DNA of 64,000 nt from Candidatus Marinacidobacterales bacterium (GCA_965226495.1 OZ245365.1:1696001-1760000); one strand, 5' to 3'. Positions 40,816 to 49,842 are shown, counted from the first letter of the stretch. Program-made: numbers and translations. The notes: a model not told the origin generated them from the letters alone.

Positions 40816-41891
40816 GTGACTTCAAGTTTGAAGCGCACCATTCGTTAGTTCCCATGGAAACGTTCCTCCGGTGTGCGGTAACCGAGCCTCTTGCGGGGCC
40901 GTGTGTTGAGCTTCTTTGCGATACCATCGCAGTGGCGTTGCGTGAGCGCTGCTTGGCTGGTGCGCTTCGGCAGGTATTGTCGTAGCAATCCATTGAAGTT
41001 CTCGTTGCTGCCTCTCTCCCATGAGTGATAGGGAGTTGCAAAGTAGAACTTGACGCCGGTCGCTTCCTCGACGGATTCGTAGTCGTGGAACTCCGTGCCA
41101 TTGTCCGCGGTGATGGTCTTGACCTGATCCGGCACCCGCCGGAGCAACATCTTCGTTCGCTGGCTAGTGCCGAACATGCTGCGGTCGGACAGTTTGCCGA
41201 TCAGCGCATAGCCCGTCTTTCGTTCCACGAGCGTGGTGACGCAGTCCGGCGCGTCTTTTCCTACCACGGTGTCAATCTCCCAGTGGCCAACGGCACGGCG
41301 CTTGTCGATACAAGACGGCCGCTCGGAGATGTGACGCTTCCCGGCCAGGCGGCCTCGGCTGTCGTAGCTGTTGTGGCGCTTGCGTCTAAGTTTGGGCGAG
41401 CATCGAAGGTGGCGGTATAGATGTCCTCCGGCCTCCTTGTCCCGCCAAACGTGGGTGTAGATCGTCTCGTGGCTGATCGAGAGCTCGCCGTGAAGGCGCA
41501 GGTGGCCGGAGATCTGCTCTGGGCTCCAGTCGGCCTTAAGCTTCTTCTCCACCAGGGCAAAGTCGGCCTTTGTGAAGTACTGGTTCCGGCGAGACCGCGA
41601 GCGTCGTCCGTTCGTTCTCTCGATGGCCTTGCTCGGCCGGTAGCATCCATCACTAGGTGAGCTGTTCCTCCTGACCTCTCTCGAGATGGTGCTCCGGTGG
41701 CGCCCCAGGCGCCGCGCGATCTCGGCCGAGCAAAATCCCTCCCGTCGCAGCGCCGCGATGGTGTAGCGTTCTTCCGAGGTGATCTGGTAATAAGTCATTA
41801 GCGAGTCCCCATTCTTGGTTGTTTGAGGAATCGTGGCACATTCCAGGTCACCTCATCCGGGAGCTGTGTTGCACTTACTTTATGAATTCGC
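40816..41891 (-). mobile_element. IS30-family insertion sequence
   Basis: Imperfect IRs gtgacttcaagtttgaagcgcacca / gcgaattcataaagtaagtgcaaca around the transposase. Confidence 0.85.
40845..41798 (-). CDS. IS30-family transposase
   Basis: HRSTISRE, WSPEQI, GHWEIDT, TADNGTEF and WERGSNENFNGLLRQY motifs. Confidence 0.95.
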   Translation of the reverse strand: MTYYQITSEERYTIAALRREGFCSAEIARRLGRHRSTISREVRRNSSPSDGCYRPSKAIERTNGRRSRSRRNQYFTKADFALVEKKLKADWSPEQISGHLRLHGELSISHETIYTHVWRDKEAGGHLYRHLRCSPKLRRKRHNSYDSRGRLAGKRHISERPSCIDKRRAVGHWEIDTVVGKDAPDCVTTLVERKTGYALIGKLSDRSMFGTSQRTKMLLRRVPDQVKTITADNGTEFHDYESVEEATGVKFYFATPYHSWERGSNENFNGLLRQYLPKRTSQAALTQRHCDGIAKKLNTRPRKRLGYRTPEERFHGN

Positions 41892-41894
41892 GCC

Positions 41895-41975
41895 GCCTGA
41901 CAAGGGAATGAACCAGACGAAGCCCGCAGCGCATCTCAATCGTGCGGTCTTCGCAGGTTATGCCCAGTGTTATGC
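41895..41975 (+). other. attC site 6 (R'' mutated to GCCTGAC)
   Basis: gcctgac-aagggaatgaaccagacgaag...cttcgcaggttatgcccagt-GTTATGC. Confidence 0.75.
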
Positions 41976-42006
41976 CGACTTTCAAGTGGGTACTTGAGAC
42001 GCGATC

Positions 42007-43014
42007 ATGAAGGCTGCTTGGTATGAGCAACAGGGCTCTCCGTCCGACGTCCTCATAGTAGGGGAGATGACAACGCCTGCGCCTGGCCCGGGCGAGGTTC
42101 GCATCCGCGTTGTCGCCTCGGGTGTTAATCCTGGTGACGTGAAGAAGCGTCAGGACACGTTCGGTGTTGGAATGCTTTTTCCGCGTGTGATTCCCCATAG
42201 CGACGGAGCTGGTGTGATCGAGGAGGTCGGCAAACAGGTGTCGTCATCGCGCATAGGCGAGCGCGCGTGGTGCTTCGGTGCGCAGAGTTATCGTCCCTTC
42301 GGGACCGCGGCGGAGTGTGTCGTGGTCCCAGTTGAGCACGCGATCCCCCTGCCGGATGGGATCTCGTTCGAGCAGGGGGCGTGCTTGGGAATCCCGGGCA
42401 TCACTGCGGATCGCGCTGTACATGTGGGGGGCTCGGTGCACGGGCGGGCCGTCCTTGTGCAGGGTGGAGCTGGGGCCGTTGGGCAGTGCGCCATCGGCCT
42501 CGCCCGGCATGCCGGAGCGCATGTGCTCGCATCGGTGCGCTCCGAACGCGATGTGGCAACCGCACAGCGGGCCGGCGCTCACCACGTATTAGTTACCGGT
42601 GGACTCCCTGCCGAGGAAATCGTGGAACGCATTCTTGACCACGTGCCCGATGGAATCGATCACATTGTTGAGGTCGCTTTCCACTCGAACGTTTCCGTGG
42701 ACGAGCGGTTGCTGAAACTAGGTGGCTCGATTGCGACGTACGCCACAGGCGACCCGACGCCAGCAATTCCTTTCTGGCCGCTTGTGTTCAAGAATGTTCG
42801 CCTGTTCTTCCTTGGGAGCGACGACTTTCCTGCCGCGGCCAAGACTGCCGCGGCCCGCGCACTGAACGAGACGTTAGAGGGCGAGTGGCCAGGCTTCGAG
42901 ATTGAAGAGCGGTTTCCCTTGGAGTCGATCGCGAAGGCTCACGAGGTGGTCGAGGAGCACAAAGCGTCGGGCCGAGTTGTAGTGACTCTCGGAGACCAGG
43001 AGGGCGCGGCATAA
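42007..43014 (+). CDS. cassette 7: NADPH:quinone reductase (MDR family)
   Basis: SGVNPGD, PHSDGAG and GGAGAVG motifs. Confidence 0.9.
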   Translation: MKAAWYEQQGSPSDVLIVGEMTTPAPGPGEVRIRVVASGVNPGDVKKRQDTFGVGMLFPRVIPHSDGAGVIEEVGKQVSSSRIGERAWCFGAQSYRPFGTAAECVVVPVEHAIPLPDGISFEQGACLGIPGITADRAVHVGGSVHGRAVLVQGGAGAVGQCAIGLARHAGAHVLASVRSERDVATAQRAGAHHVLVTGGLPAEEIVERILDHVPDGIDHIVEVAFHSNVSVDERLLKLGGSIATYATGDPTPAIPFWPLVFKNVRLFFLGSDDFPAAAKTAAARALNETLEGEWPGFEIEERFPLESIAKAHEVVEEHKASGRVVVTLGDQEGAA

Positions 43015-43103
43015 CCCGCCGTGGCAGCGGACGACCGGCGCCGGCATCATTGGAAAAGATAGTGGGGTTGGCAGCGTTCGCCGCTGAACGGCCCTGGTTA
43101 GGC
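43009..43103 (+). other. attC site 7 (family A)
   Basis: GCATAAC (overlapping the stop)...cgttcgccgctgaacggccctg-GTTAGGC. Confidence 0.88.
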
Positions 43104-43157
43104 TGCGTCTGCCAACCGTCGTCGGCGGGGCCGCCAGCCCATGATTGAACTATTGTG

Positions 43158-43856
43158 ATGACATCTCCTGTTACCACATCTCGCCCGCTGCCTCGTCAGG
43201 TGGCCATCATCGGCGCCGCCGGCGGTCTCGGCCGGGGCATTCTCAGCGTGTGCCGAGCAGAGAACATCGCGTTCACCGCCATTGTCCGCTCGCGGCCGGA
43301 GCGCATCACAGACGTGCCAGATGGCTCTCGCGTCGTCGTTGTCACCTCTCTCGCCGACCGCGCTGCCCTCACTGAGGCGTTTTCAGGGGCAGACGCTGTT
43401 ATCACGGCCATGGGGGTGACGTCGTCGAGCAGCGACCGCTCAGCCCTGCTCTCTGCCAACTTGGCCACCGTAGAGGCTTCAATGACAGCTGCCGGCGTCG
43501 ACCGCATCGTTGTCATCAACACGTTTCTAACCTCACCGCCAGGCAAGGCTGCGCGCCGGGCGGTGCGCTTCCTTTCGTGGGTGCCCGGTAACATTGGCCG
43601 TGGGGCGAAGGAGCTACAAGCCGTGGTTAATGCCCTTGGCCGCGGGGCGTTCCCCTCGCTTCGCTGGACACTCGTCCGGGCATCGGTCAACTCTCGCGGT
43701 AAGGACGAGCGCCCCGGGGCGTCGGCGGAGTTTGACAGCGCTCTCAACTCCTGGTGGGCCGTTTCGTATCAAGCCATGGGTCGGTGGATGCTGGAGGAAG
43801 CTGCGGCCAATGAGTTTGTCCTCGCAGCACCCGTCGTGTCGCAGCGCCGCAAATGA
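43158..43856 (+). CDS. cassette 8: NAD(P)-binding Rossmann-fold oxidoreductase
   Basis: IGAAGGLG, DAVITA and WTLVR motifs. Confidence 0.8.
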   Translation: MTSPVTTSRPLPRQVAIIGAAGGLGRGILSVCRAENIAFTAIVRSRPERITDVPDGSRVVVVTSLADRAALTEAFSGADAVITAMGVTSSSSDRSALLSANLATVEASMTAAGVDRIVVINTFLTSPPGKAARRAVRFLSWVPGNIGRGAKELQAVVNALGRGAFPSLRWTLVRASVNSRGKDERPGASAEFDSALNSWWAVSYQAMGRWMLEEAAANEFVLAAPVVSQRRK

Positions 43857-43949
43857 TAGGAGGACTTGACGCAAAGGGATGGACATTTGACCAACGACTA
43901 GCAGGCTGTTCTGGTGGTCGCCGGATGGGAAGTTGATGGGGATTCAGCA

Positions 43950-44012
43950 GCCTAACCAGGCGATGCAGACGGACGCGGCTTCCCCGCGCCACTGAACGCC
44001 AACGCGTTATCC
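43950..44012 (+). other. attC site 8 (short)
   Basis: GCCTAAC-caggcgatgcag...cgcgg/ccgcg...ctgaacgccaacgc-GTTATCC. Confidence 0.8.
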
Positions 44013-44041
44013 GGATACCTGGTAGGACGCGACGGTGCCAG

Positions 44042-44070
44042 TTGCATGCTATACGCCAATGGCGTATAGT
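44042..44070 (+). promoter_or_regulatory. toxin-antitoxin promoter with operator palindrome
   Basis: TTGCAT-N17-TATAGT overlapping the perfect palindrome ctatacgcca-a-tggcgtatag. Confidence 0.75.
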
Positions 44071-44075
44071 TAGAT

Positions 44076-44393
44076 GTGCGCTTCGTTGAAACTCCTATCT
44101 TCACCCTGGAGGTAACGGGGCTACTCTCAGATGAGGAGTATCGTGGCCTCCAGTTGGCCCTTCTATTTCGGCCCGAGCAAGGTCCGCTAATCCCCAAGAG
44201 CGGTGGCCTGCGAAAGCTTCGCTGGGGACGACGCGGCGGAGGCAAGCGAGGTGGCCTGAGAGTGATTTACTACTGGGCCAAGGAGGCGGACACCGTTTAT
44301 ATGCTGTTTGCCTACCCAAAGAGTGAAAAAGAAGACCTGACAGCTTCACAACTCCGGGTCTTGAGCAAATTAGTGAGAGAGGAACTGAAGTGA
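44076..44393 (+). CDS. higB: cassette 9: RelE/HigB-type toxin
   Basis: FVETPIF, GGLRKLRW, GKRGGLRVIYY and YPKSEKEDL motifs. Confidence 0.9.
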   Translation: MRFVETPIFTLEVTGLLSDEEYRGLQLALLFRPEQGPLIPKSGGLRKLRWGRRGGGKRGGLRVIYYWAKEADTVYMLFAYPKSEKEDLTASQLRVLSKLVREELK

Positions 44394-44680
44394 AGAAGAA
44401 GGATTTTGAGAAACTGGTCGCAAGTGTCAAACAGGCGGGCAAGATCAAGCGAGGAAAGCTCAAAGCCTCGCGCATTGTTGATTTCAAGCCCGCAGACATC
44501 AAGGCGGTGCGCGAGAAGCTCGGTGTTTCACAGTCGGAGTTTGCCCTAATGATCGGCGTAAGCGTGTCGACGCTCCAAAACTGGGAGCAAGGTCGACGTC
44601 AGCCCGACGGTCCGGCGCGAGCGTTATTGAAGGTTGCTTTGGAGAACCCCAAAGCGGTTGCCGAAGCGCTGAGCGCGTAG
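44390..44680 (+). CDS. higA: cassette 9: HigA-type HTH antitoxin
   Basis: SQSEFA...TLQNWEQGRRQP XRE HTH; 4-nt overlap with the toxin. Confidence 0.9.
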   Translation: MKKKDFEKLVASVKQAGKIKRGKLKASRIVDFKPADIKAVREKLGVSQSEFALMIGVSVSTLQNWEQGRRQPDGPARALLKVALENPKAVAEALSA

Positions 44681-44696
44681 GTCAAATGTGAATACC

Positions 44697-44804
44697 GGAT
44701 AACGCGTGCATGCAGCAGTCGGTCGGCCACCGTCATTTCAGTCGTAGAATTCTGTTGGGTGGTGGTGGTTGTTGGCCGCCCGCAGCTGATGCACCCTGTT
44801 CGCC
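44697..44804 (+). other. attC site 9
   Basis: GGATAAC-gcgtgcatgcagc...gctgatgcaccct-GTTCGCC. Confidence 0.8.
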
Positions 44805-44834
44805 GGACACGACGCCGGCGTCTGGTCCGTGCAT

Positions 44835-45164
44835 ATGCTGAAGTACATCGAACTCAAGTCTGGCTATTCCGACAACGGACCCGCGTGGATCGCTCGCGTC
44901 ACGCTGTCTCGCTCCGGACGAACCGTCTATGTCAATGGAAAGGCCCTCAAGAGAGCCAGTGCCGGAATGATCTCAGGCAATCACTTCGACCTCGAGACCG
45001 GAGAAGAGTACTGGGTGTCCGGCATCAAGAGGGACGGGCTCGACCGATGCTTCAATCCTGCGTGGACAAGCGTACCTTTGGACAGGACGTTGCGGGAGAG
45101 CTGCGCCAGGGGCTGCTTTAGGGCCGTCGAACATTCGCTGAAGCAGACGGTCGGCACCGTCTGA
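44835..45164 (+). CDS. cassette 10: small conserved-looking protein, C-terminus possibly rearranged
   Basis: YIELKSG..GPAWIARV...EEYWVSG motif; starts just after attC 9. Confidence 0.55.
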   Translation: MLKYIELKSGYSDNGPAWIARVTLSRSGRTVYVNGKALKRASAGMISGNHFDLETGEEYWVSGIKRDGLDRCFNPAWTSVPLDRTLRESCARGCFRAVEHSLKQTVGTV

Positions 45165-45428
45165 CCAGCGCCTTCGCGGCTGACGGGCGATTCGCTATTC
45201 AGGCGATTGCTTCCGTAACGGGTTGAAGCTTCATCGGAGCATCCCACGTCAACGCCGGTTCCACGCTTCCACGGGCGCGGCGCCGAACTTGCGTTGAAAG
45301 ACGCCGCGGAAACCAGCCAGGCACAGCCGATCGGGATAACAACAATTCGCATTGCGCCCATAGAGTGACCTATAATTTTCCCTCATCCGCGGGCGACGGT
45401 CAGGCCGCGGGTCATAGGAGGTAGCACG

Positions 45429-45851
45429 ATGTCAGATGAATTGATTGGCACCGCACGTGGGATCGTCGACGCGTTCAACGCCAGCGATTGGGACGGCTTC
45501 CAGAACCTGATGACGGAAGATGCGGTCTACGACGAGGTCGGAACGTCTCGGACGATCAAGGGGGTCAACACCATTATCGAAGCCATGAAAGCGTGGAAGG
45601 ACGCGATGCCCGACGTAAAGGGTACCGTGGACAGCGCCGCGTCCACGGGGAACGGAGTCGTCCTCGAAGTGACCTGGAGGGGCACCCACACGGGTCCCTT
45701 GGCCGGTCCCGAGGGGTCGATCCCGGCTACCGGAAAGAGCCAGACTACGCGGGCGAGCTGGGTGATGGAATTCGATGGGCCGAAGCACAAACAGAGCCGC
45801 CACTACTTCGACATGCTCTCGTTCATGAAGCAGCTCGGCGTGATCAAGTAG
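45429..45851 (+). CDS. SnoaL-like ester cyclase / NTF2-fold protein
   Basis: GTHTGPL...IPATGK motif; AGGAGG RBS. Confidence 0.85.
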   Translation: MSDELIGTARGIVDAFNASDWDGFQNLMTEDAVYDEVGTSRTIKGVNTIIEAMKAWKDAMPDVKGTVDSAASTGNGVVLEVTWRGTHTGPLAGPEGSIPATGKSQTTRASWVMEFDGPKHKQSRHYFDMLSFMKQLGVIK

Positions 45852-45918
45852 CACGTTCTGGGTTCGAATCGGCCCGACTGGATTCGTCGACGCGCTGCGT
45901 TCTTCTAGCACGTGCGCT

Positions 45919-46012
45919 GAATAACAACAACAATCGGTGCAGCCTGCGAACGGCGTCACCTTGTGCTTCTTGAATACTCTGACGCCGTTCGCAGCTGACC
46001 TCTTCGTTGCAT
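45919..46012 (+). other. attC site, degenerate
   Basis: aataacaacaac...ctgcgaacggcgtca/tgacgccgttcgcag stem...GTTGCAT. Confidence 0.6.
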
Positions 46013-46024
46013 ATCTGACGGCAC

Positions 46025-46333
46025 ATGGGCAAGGAACTCACAGAGCGAACGCAGAGACTGATCGCGTTGATCGATAGTCCCGATGTTCGGGCTCAAGTCA
46101 CAGCGTTGTTCGAGACCGAGGCCGCGCTCTATGGTCCTCCGAGGGTGGAGGTGTTGGAGCGTGTGCGCTTCGCCGTGATCAAGCTAGCGCTTCAGGGACC
46201 ACAGATGTTACGCGTGGCGGCGGAGCTCTTTCGTGTCGACGCGCGAGACCTGTTGGTGAACGCAGGCTTTGCCGACGATCTCGAGGCGCATGAGAAGTGG
46301 TGCAAGGCTATATTGGCAGCCAGAGATGTATGA
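46025..46333 (+). CDS. cassette: hypothetical protein
   Basis: Bounded by attC sites; ERVRFAVIKL and DARDLLVNAGF motifs. Confidence 0.75.
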   Translation: MGKELTERTQRLIALIDSPDVRAQVTALFETEAALYGPPRVEVLERVRFAVIKLALQGPQMLRVAAELFRVDARDLLVNAGFADDLEAHEKWCKAILAARDV

Positions 46334-46411
46334 CAAGAGATTTGAGCTGACGGCCGAGCGCATGACCACAGACCCGGAGCGCTCGCCCGCAGGTCAATCT
46401 CGGCGTTATCT
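46328..46411 (+). other. attC site (R'' GTATGAC)
   Basis: gagatttgagctgacggccgagcgc...gcgctcgcccgcaggtcaatctc...GTTATCT. Confidence 0.7.
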
Positions 46412-46428
46412 GGCAACAAGACCGGTGG

Positions 46429-46713
46429 ATGTCTAACCAATCGATCGCAGACGATGTTTTGGCCGTCCTCGAAAACTTTCGGGCGGCGCGGTTGACGGCA
46501 ACAGATGTTGAGGACGCTGTCGAGCGTGCAGTTCAGGCCATGGAGAACGTCAGCTTGCGGGACATCCACCGAAGCCGAGACCTTACTCATAAACTCATCG
46601 AGGCCGCTCTCAATGATGAAAGTGAAGGTGCCTCTCCTGGATCAGAGGTGGCAGATGCTCTGGAGTCTCTGCGCAACTATGTAGCCGCACTTGGTAGGCG
46701 CCATGCGACATAA
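46429..46713 (+). CDS. cassette: small helical hypothetical protein
   Basis: Fills the space between two attC sites; stop lies in R''. Confidence 0.7.
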   Translation: MSNQSIADDVLAVLENFRAARLTATDVEDAVERAVQAMENVSLRDIHRSRDLTHKLIEAALNDESEGASPGSEVADALESLRNYVAALGRRHAT

Positions 46714-46805
46714 CCCGCCGGCAGTGCCAGATCATGGACGATCGGCACCGGCGTTTTGAAGGAATCAGTGGTGCCACCGATCGCCGCTGAGCGGCCCTGT
46801 TGGGC
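46708..46805 (+). other. attC site (family A, with insertion in the left arm)
   Basis: ACATAAC-ccgccggcag[tgccagatcat]ggacgatcggcacc...cgatcgccgctgagcggccct-GTTGGGC. Confidence 0.7.
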
Positions 46806-46832
46806 ACAGGAAGCACACCGTCCGAGGCCACC

Positions 46833-47342
46833 ATGGAAGACAAGTACGGCATCGACAAAGAGCATGCTCACCCAAGAGCTCGCGAGCTTGCGCCCGAGGA
46901 GTTCTTCTGGGACTGTTCGGATGAATTGGCACCCTTCGGCTCCGATGAAGGTGATACTGCTTTTGCCGAGTACCGCGAATGGCGTCAGGAGAATCCTGAG
47001 GCTCCGCTCGTCGAGTGTCTGAGCTGGACCATCGAGAGTGTTGGCGAGATCGAGTTCTCCGAGTACAGCAGCGCAATACTGTCGCCGACAACTGTCGCGA
47101 ATCAGGTGTCTGATCCCGCGTTCAACGATCAGCAGTACGTGTACACCGTCGATGTCTCGGTCATCGCCACCGGGTTTGGCCAACTCGTGGATCTCGGTAG
47201 GATCGATCCCGATGCTAAGCCACCGATCTCTCTAGCCTTGGAGCGTCAGATACTCTGGAGTCAGGCTCAACCGGATTGGACACACGCCGGCGAGTACATC
47301 AACAACCTCAAGGTGCTACAGCGAATTCTGCAGAGTGCCTAA
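46833..47342 (+). CDS. cassette: acidic hypothetical protein (YfeS/MolR-associated domain-like)
   Basis: HAHPRA, ELAPFGSDEG and VIATGFGQL motifs. Confidence 0.7.
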   Translation: MEDKYGIDKEHAHPRARELAPEEFFWDCSDELAPFGSDEGDTAFAEYREWRQENPEAPLVECLSWTIESVGEIEFSEYSSAILSPTTVANQVSDPAFNDQQYVYTVDVSVIATGFGQLVDLGRIDPDAKPPISLALERQILWSQAQPDWTHAGEYINNLKVLQRILQSA

Positions 47343-47393
47343 AGGTGCATGTACCTGACGGCCTTGAGCCGCAGGTGATGCTTGTCGTTATCC
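47337..47393 (+). other. attC site, short (R'' GCCTAAA)
   Basis: gcatgtacctgacggc-ctt-gagccgcaggtgatgc...GTTATCC. Confidence 0.65.
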
Positions 47394-47402
47394 GGACCTG
47401 TG

Positions 47403-47939
47403 ATGCGAAAGGAAGTCGGTAAACCCGTACGGGACGAGTTCTTCCGAGGAGTAGCGTCTCGCTTCCCGTGTTTCAAGCGCGTCAAGGGCCAGCGAGTGCC
47501 CGGGTTCACATGGGACTGGGTCTGGCGAATCTCATCGCGCCTGACCGTGTGGCTAACGTTCCAGCGTCACAAAAACGAGGACGCCTTCACTCTGCAGTTC
47601 GCTTGGGCTCAAGAAGGCGACGAGCCACCCACCTTTCCATTCGTGACGCCCGAGGAGTCAGCGACAGTGGAAAGAGGCTGCTTCCGCGTGGGTGAGCTTT
47701 GGGATCCCCGCGGGGACTACTGGTGGACCGTAGTGCCGGGCCCCGATCCGGACCGGCTTGTCTCGGACCCCGTGGCGTACGTCGAAGAGCTGATGCGCCC
47801 CCAGCCGTTGCCAGCGGATCTAGCGGTTCGAGTCCAGGCAGCTGTGCAGGATGCACTGGTCAAGCTCGAAGCGCACCTGCTTCCTCACATCATACATATG
47901 GCCGCGACGCGTGGCGATCCGGAAGTCCGATGTCTGTAG
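47403..47939 (+). CDS. cassette: hypothetical protein
   Basis: ATG just after the GTTATCC core; Trp-rich ORF. Confidence 0.7.
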   Translation: MRKEVGKPVRDEFFRGVASRFPCFKRVKGQRVPGFTWDWVWRISSRLTVWLTFQRHKNEDAFTLQFAWAQEGDEPPTFPFVTPEESATVERGCFRVGELWDPRGDYWWTVVPGPDPDRLVSDPVAYVEELMRPQPLPADLAVRVQAAVQDALVKLEAHLLPHIIHMAATRGDPEVRCL

Positions 47940-47968
47940 GCCGCGCCTCTAGCAGTTTGGAACGAGCC

Positions 47969-48020
47969 GGATTACGATGCGTTGAAACCGACGAGGCACG
48001 GCTAGAATGGGGCCTCGCTT
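47969..48020 (+). other. truncated attC remnant
   Basis: ccGGATTAC (expected ccGGATAAC) then gcgttgaaaccgacgaggc...gcctcg; right arm missing. Confidence 0.45.
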
Positions 48021-48209
48021 GATAGCCAGACAGCGCGGCGTCACAACACCCTATTGTTGAAGGATGTTCCCGAACATGGCAGCAACAATCACCGTTCGTT
48101 ATGCGCTAACGTGTACGATGCTGGCTTTTCTGGCGGTGGTGAAGGCTCTGGCAGTGGTCGGAACACCATGCCGGGCGAGGCTGCGGAGAACTCAAGGGGA
48201 GACGAACGA

Positions 48210-48581
48210 ATGAGCCAAGCGGAACAGGACCGTCGTGTGGACTACATAGAGTTTCTGAGCACAGACATTGAGGAGACCAAGAGTTTTTACTCGGAGGTCT
48301 TCGGTTGGGAGTTCACTGACTATGGCCCGGATTACACGAGTTTCACCGACGGTCGATTAGCCGGGGGTTTTAGTGTAGCGACGGAGGTGCGGGCAGGCGG
48401 TCCATTAGTCGTGCTCTATTCCACGAACTTGGCAGAGATTGAAACCCGAGTCAGTGAGAACGGGGGGCAGATCGTCCGAGAGACATTCGAGTTTCCGGGT
48501 GGAGACGCTTTCACTTCACCGATCCGAGCGGTAACGAGTTGGCGGTCACGGGGCCAGTTCGGTCGGTGGTCAGATCGATGA
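48210..48581 (+). pseudogene. VOC/glyoxalase family, frameshifted near the 3' end
   Basis: DYIEF, FGWEFTDYGPDY; RRFHFTDPSGNELAV lies in another frame after ~48503. Confidence 0.75.
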
Positions 48582-48629
48582 TTTCGAGCCTGACCCCACA
48601 CAGATCGATGATTTCGGCCTGACCCCACA
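48571..48629. repeat. ~30-bp tandem duplication
   Basis: cagatcgatgatttcg(a)gcctgaccccaca x2. Confidence 0.85.
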
Positions 48630-48648
48630 CGGGTGGGCCAAGGGTGCT

Positions 48649-48768
48649 GGTTAACTATGAGTTGGAGCGGACGGCACCAAGACTTCGAGAAGGCGTGCGA
48701 TACTTCAAGATGAGCCGATGTTTTCGGCAGTTGCGTCGCCGTGCTGCCGCTCAACTCAACTGTTAAGC
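48649..48768 (+). other. attC site (family B)
   Basis: GGTTAAC-tatgagttggagcggacggcac...gtgctgccgctcaactcaact-GTTAAGC. Confidence 0.85.
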
Positions 48769-48781
48769 GTCTGGCGGTGTG

Positions 48782-49000
48782 ATGAATCCACATACAAACA
48801 TCGAGAGTGCGAGAGAGGCAATTAACTCGTACAACGGTGCCCCGAAAGAGTTTCTACTTTCCATTTCCGACGAGTTGAACGATCCGATGGGCATGAACAT
48901 GGCGATTCTGACTGACGTTGCTCTCTCAAAAGGGTGGGAGCCTGATGGGTTTGATCAGGAAAAAGGGTATCGGGTCTACAGATATAAGATGTTGGCGTGA
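48782..49000 (+). CDS. cassette: small hypothetical protein
   Basis: Starts just after attC; GWEPDGFDQ..GYRVYRYK. Confidence 0.7.
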   Translation: MNPHTNIESAREAINSYNGAPKEFLLSISDELNDPMGMNMAILTDVALSKGWEPDGFDQEKGYRVYRYKMLA

Positions 49001-49081
49001 AGCAATGGCCCGCGTAATTACTGTTGTCAAGACAGGCAGTCAACCACAACAGTCAAAGGGATAGTGTGAAGGAGGGGACCA

Positions 49082-49294
49082 ATGGGCGTGAATACGGTCA
49101 TCGGAATCTTCGCAATCGTTTTTGGTGTCTATACTTTGTCCATCCGTGCCACCAACCCTAGCAAGTTTGGCAAGCTACAGGCGATGAAGGAACGCTTTGG
49201 TGACTCGGCGGGAAACGCGATTCACATTGTAGCCTACTCAGTTCTTCCGATCTTATTTGGCATTGTCATACTGGTTCGGGGACTACAGGAGTGA
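49082..49294 (+). CDS. small two-TM membrane protein
   Basis: GGAGG RBS, two hydrophobic segments. Confidence 0.7.
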   Translation: MGVNTVIGIFAIVFGVYTLSIRATNPSKFGKLQAMKERFGDSAGNAIHIVAYSVLPILFGIVILVRGLQE

Positions 49295-49404
49295 GCACTC
49301 ACTGTGGCTCCTACGAAGGGTGGTCCCGGTCGACAGCAGCGACACGAACTCCCGACCCTGAGCTGAGGCCGCGGCGAATCGTGAGGAGAAAGTGAGGCCG
49401 GAGC

Positions 49405-49842
49405 ATGACACTACAAGATGTCCGCAAGACTTCACCCGACAAGCTGGCAGGAACTATTAGACTGCTATTGGGTCTGCTCTTTCTGATGACGGGGGCCATG
49501 AAGTTGGTCGTTCCCGTGCTCGCGGAGGCGTGGTCTGGGCAACTTCTGGCCGCCGGGCTTCCATTCTATTCCCTGACGAGGTGGATGGTGCCATTCCTGG
49601 AAATGTTTCTGGGTGTAGCGCTGTTGTTGGGGGCATTTGCGAGAGTTGCGGTCCTCGTGGTCACATGCATTATGGTCGTTGCGACGTACGTGCACTTGGT
49701 AGTCGATGATCCCTTGTTGTTTCCGCTCCAGCCGAGCGAGCCCATTATCCCGATCGTCGTCATTGCGGCGAGCGGGTACATCCTTTGGCGGGGGGCGGGA
49801 GGGTGGAGTTTGGACTTGGTTGCAACACGGGGAGCCGTCTAG
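49405..49842 (+). CDS. DoxX-family membrane protein
   Basis: RLLLGLLFLMTGAMK, LE..LG and GAGGWSLD motifs. Confidence 0.8.
   Translation: MTLQDVRKTSPDKLAGTIRLLLGLLFLMTGAMKLVVPVLAEAWSGQLLAAGLPFYSLTRWMVPFLEMFLGVALLLGAFARVAVLVVTCIMVVATYVHLVVDDPLLFPLQPSEPIIPIVVIAASGYILWRGAGGWSLDLVATRGAV

Noticed and set aside
30470-46805. Recurring ~30-bp motifs as a CRISPR array
   Set aside because: They are separated by whole genes, have attC AAC/GTT palindromic structure, and no cas genes are present.
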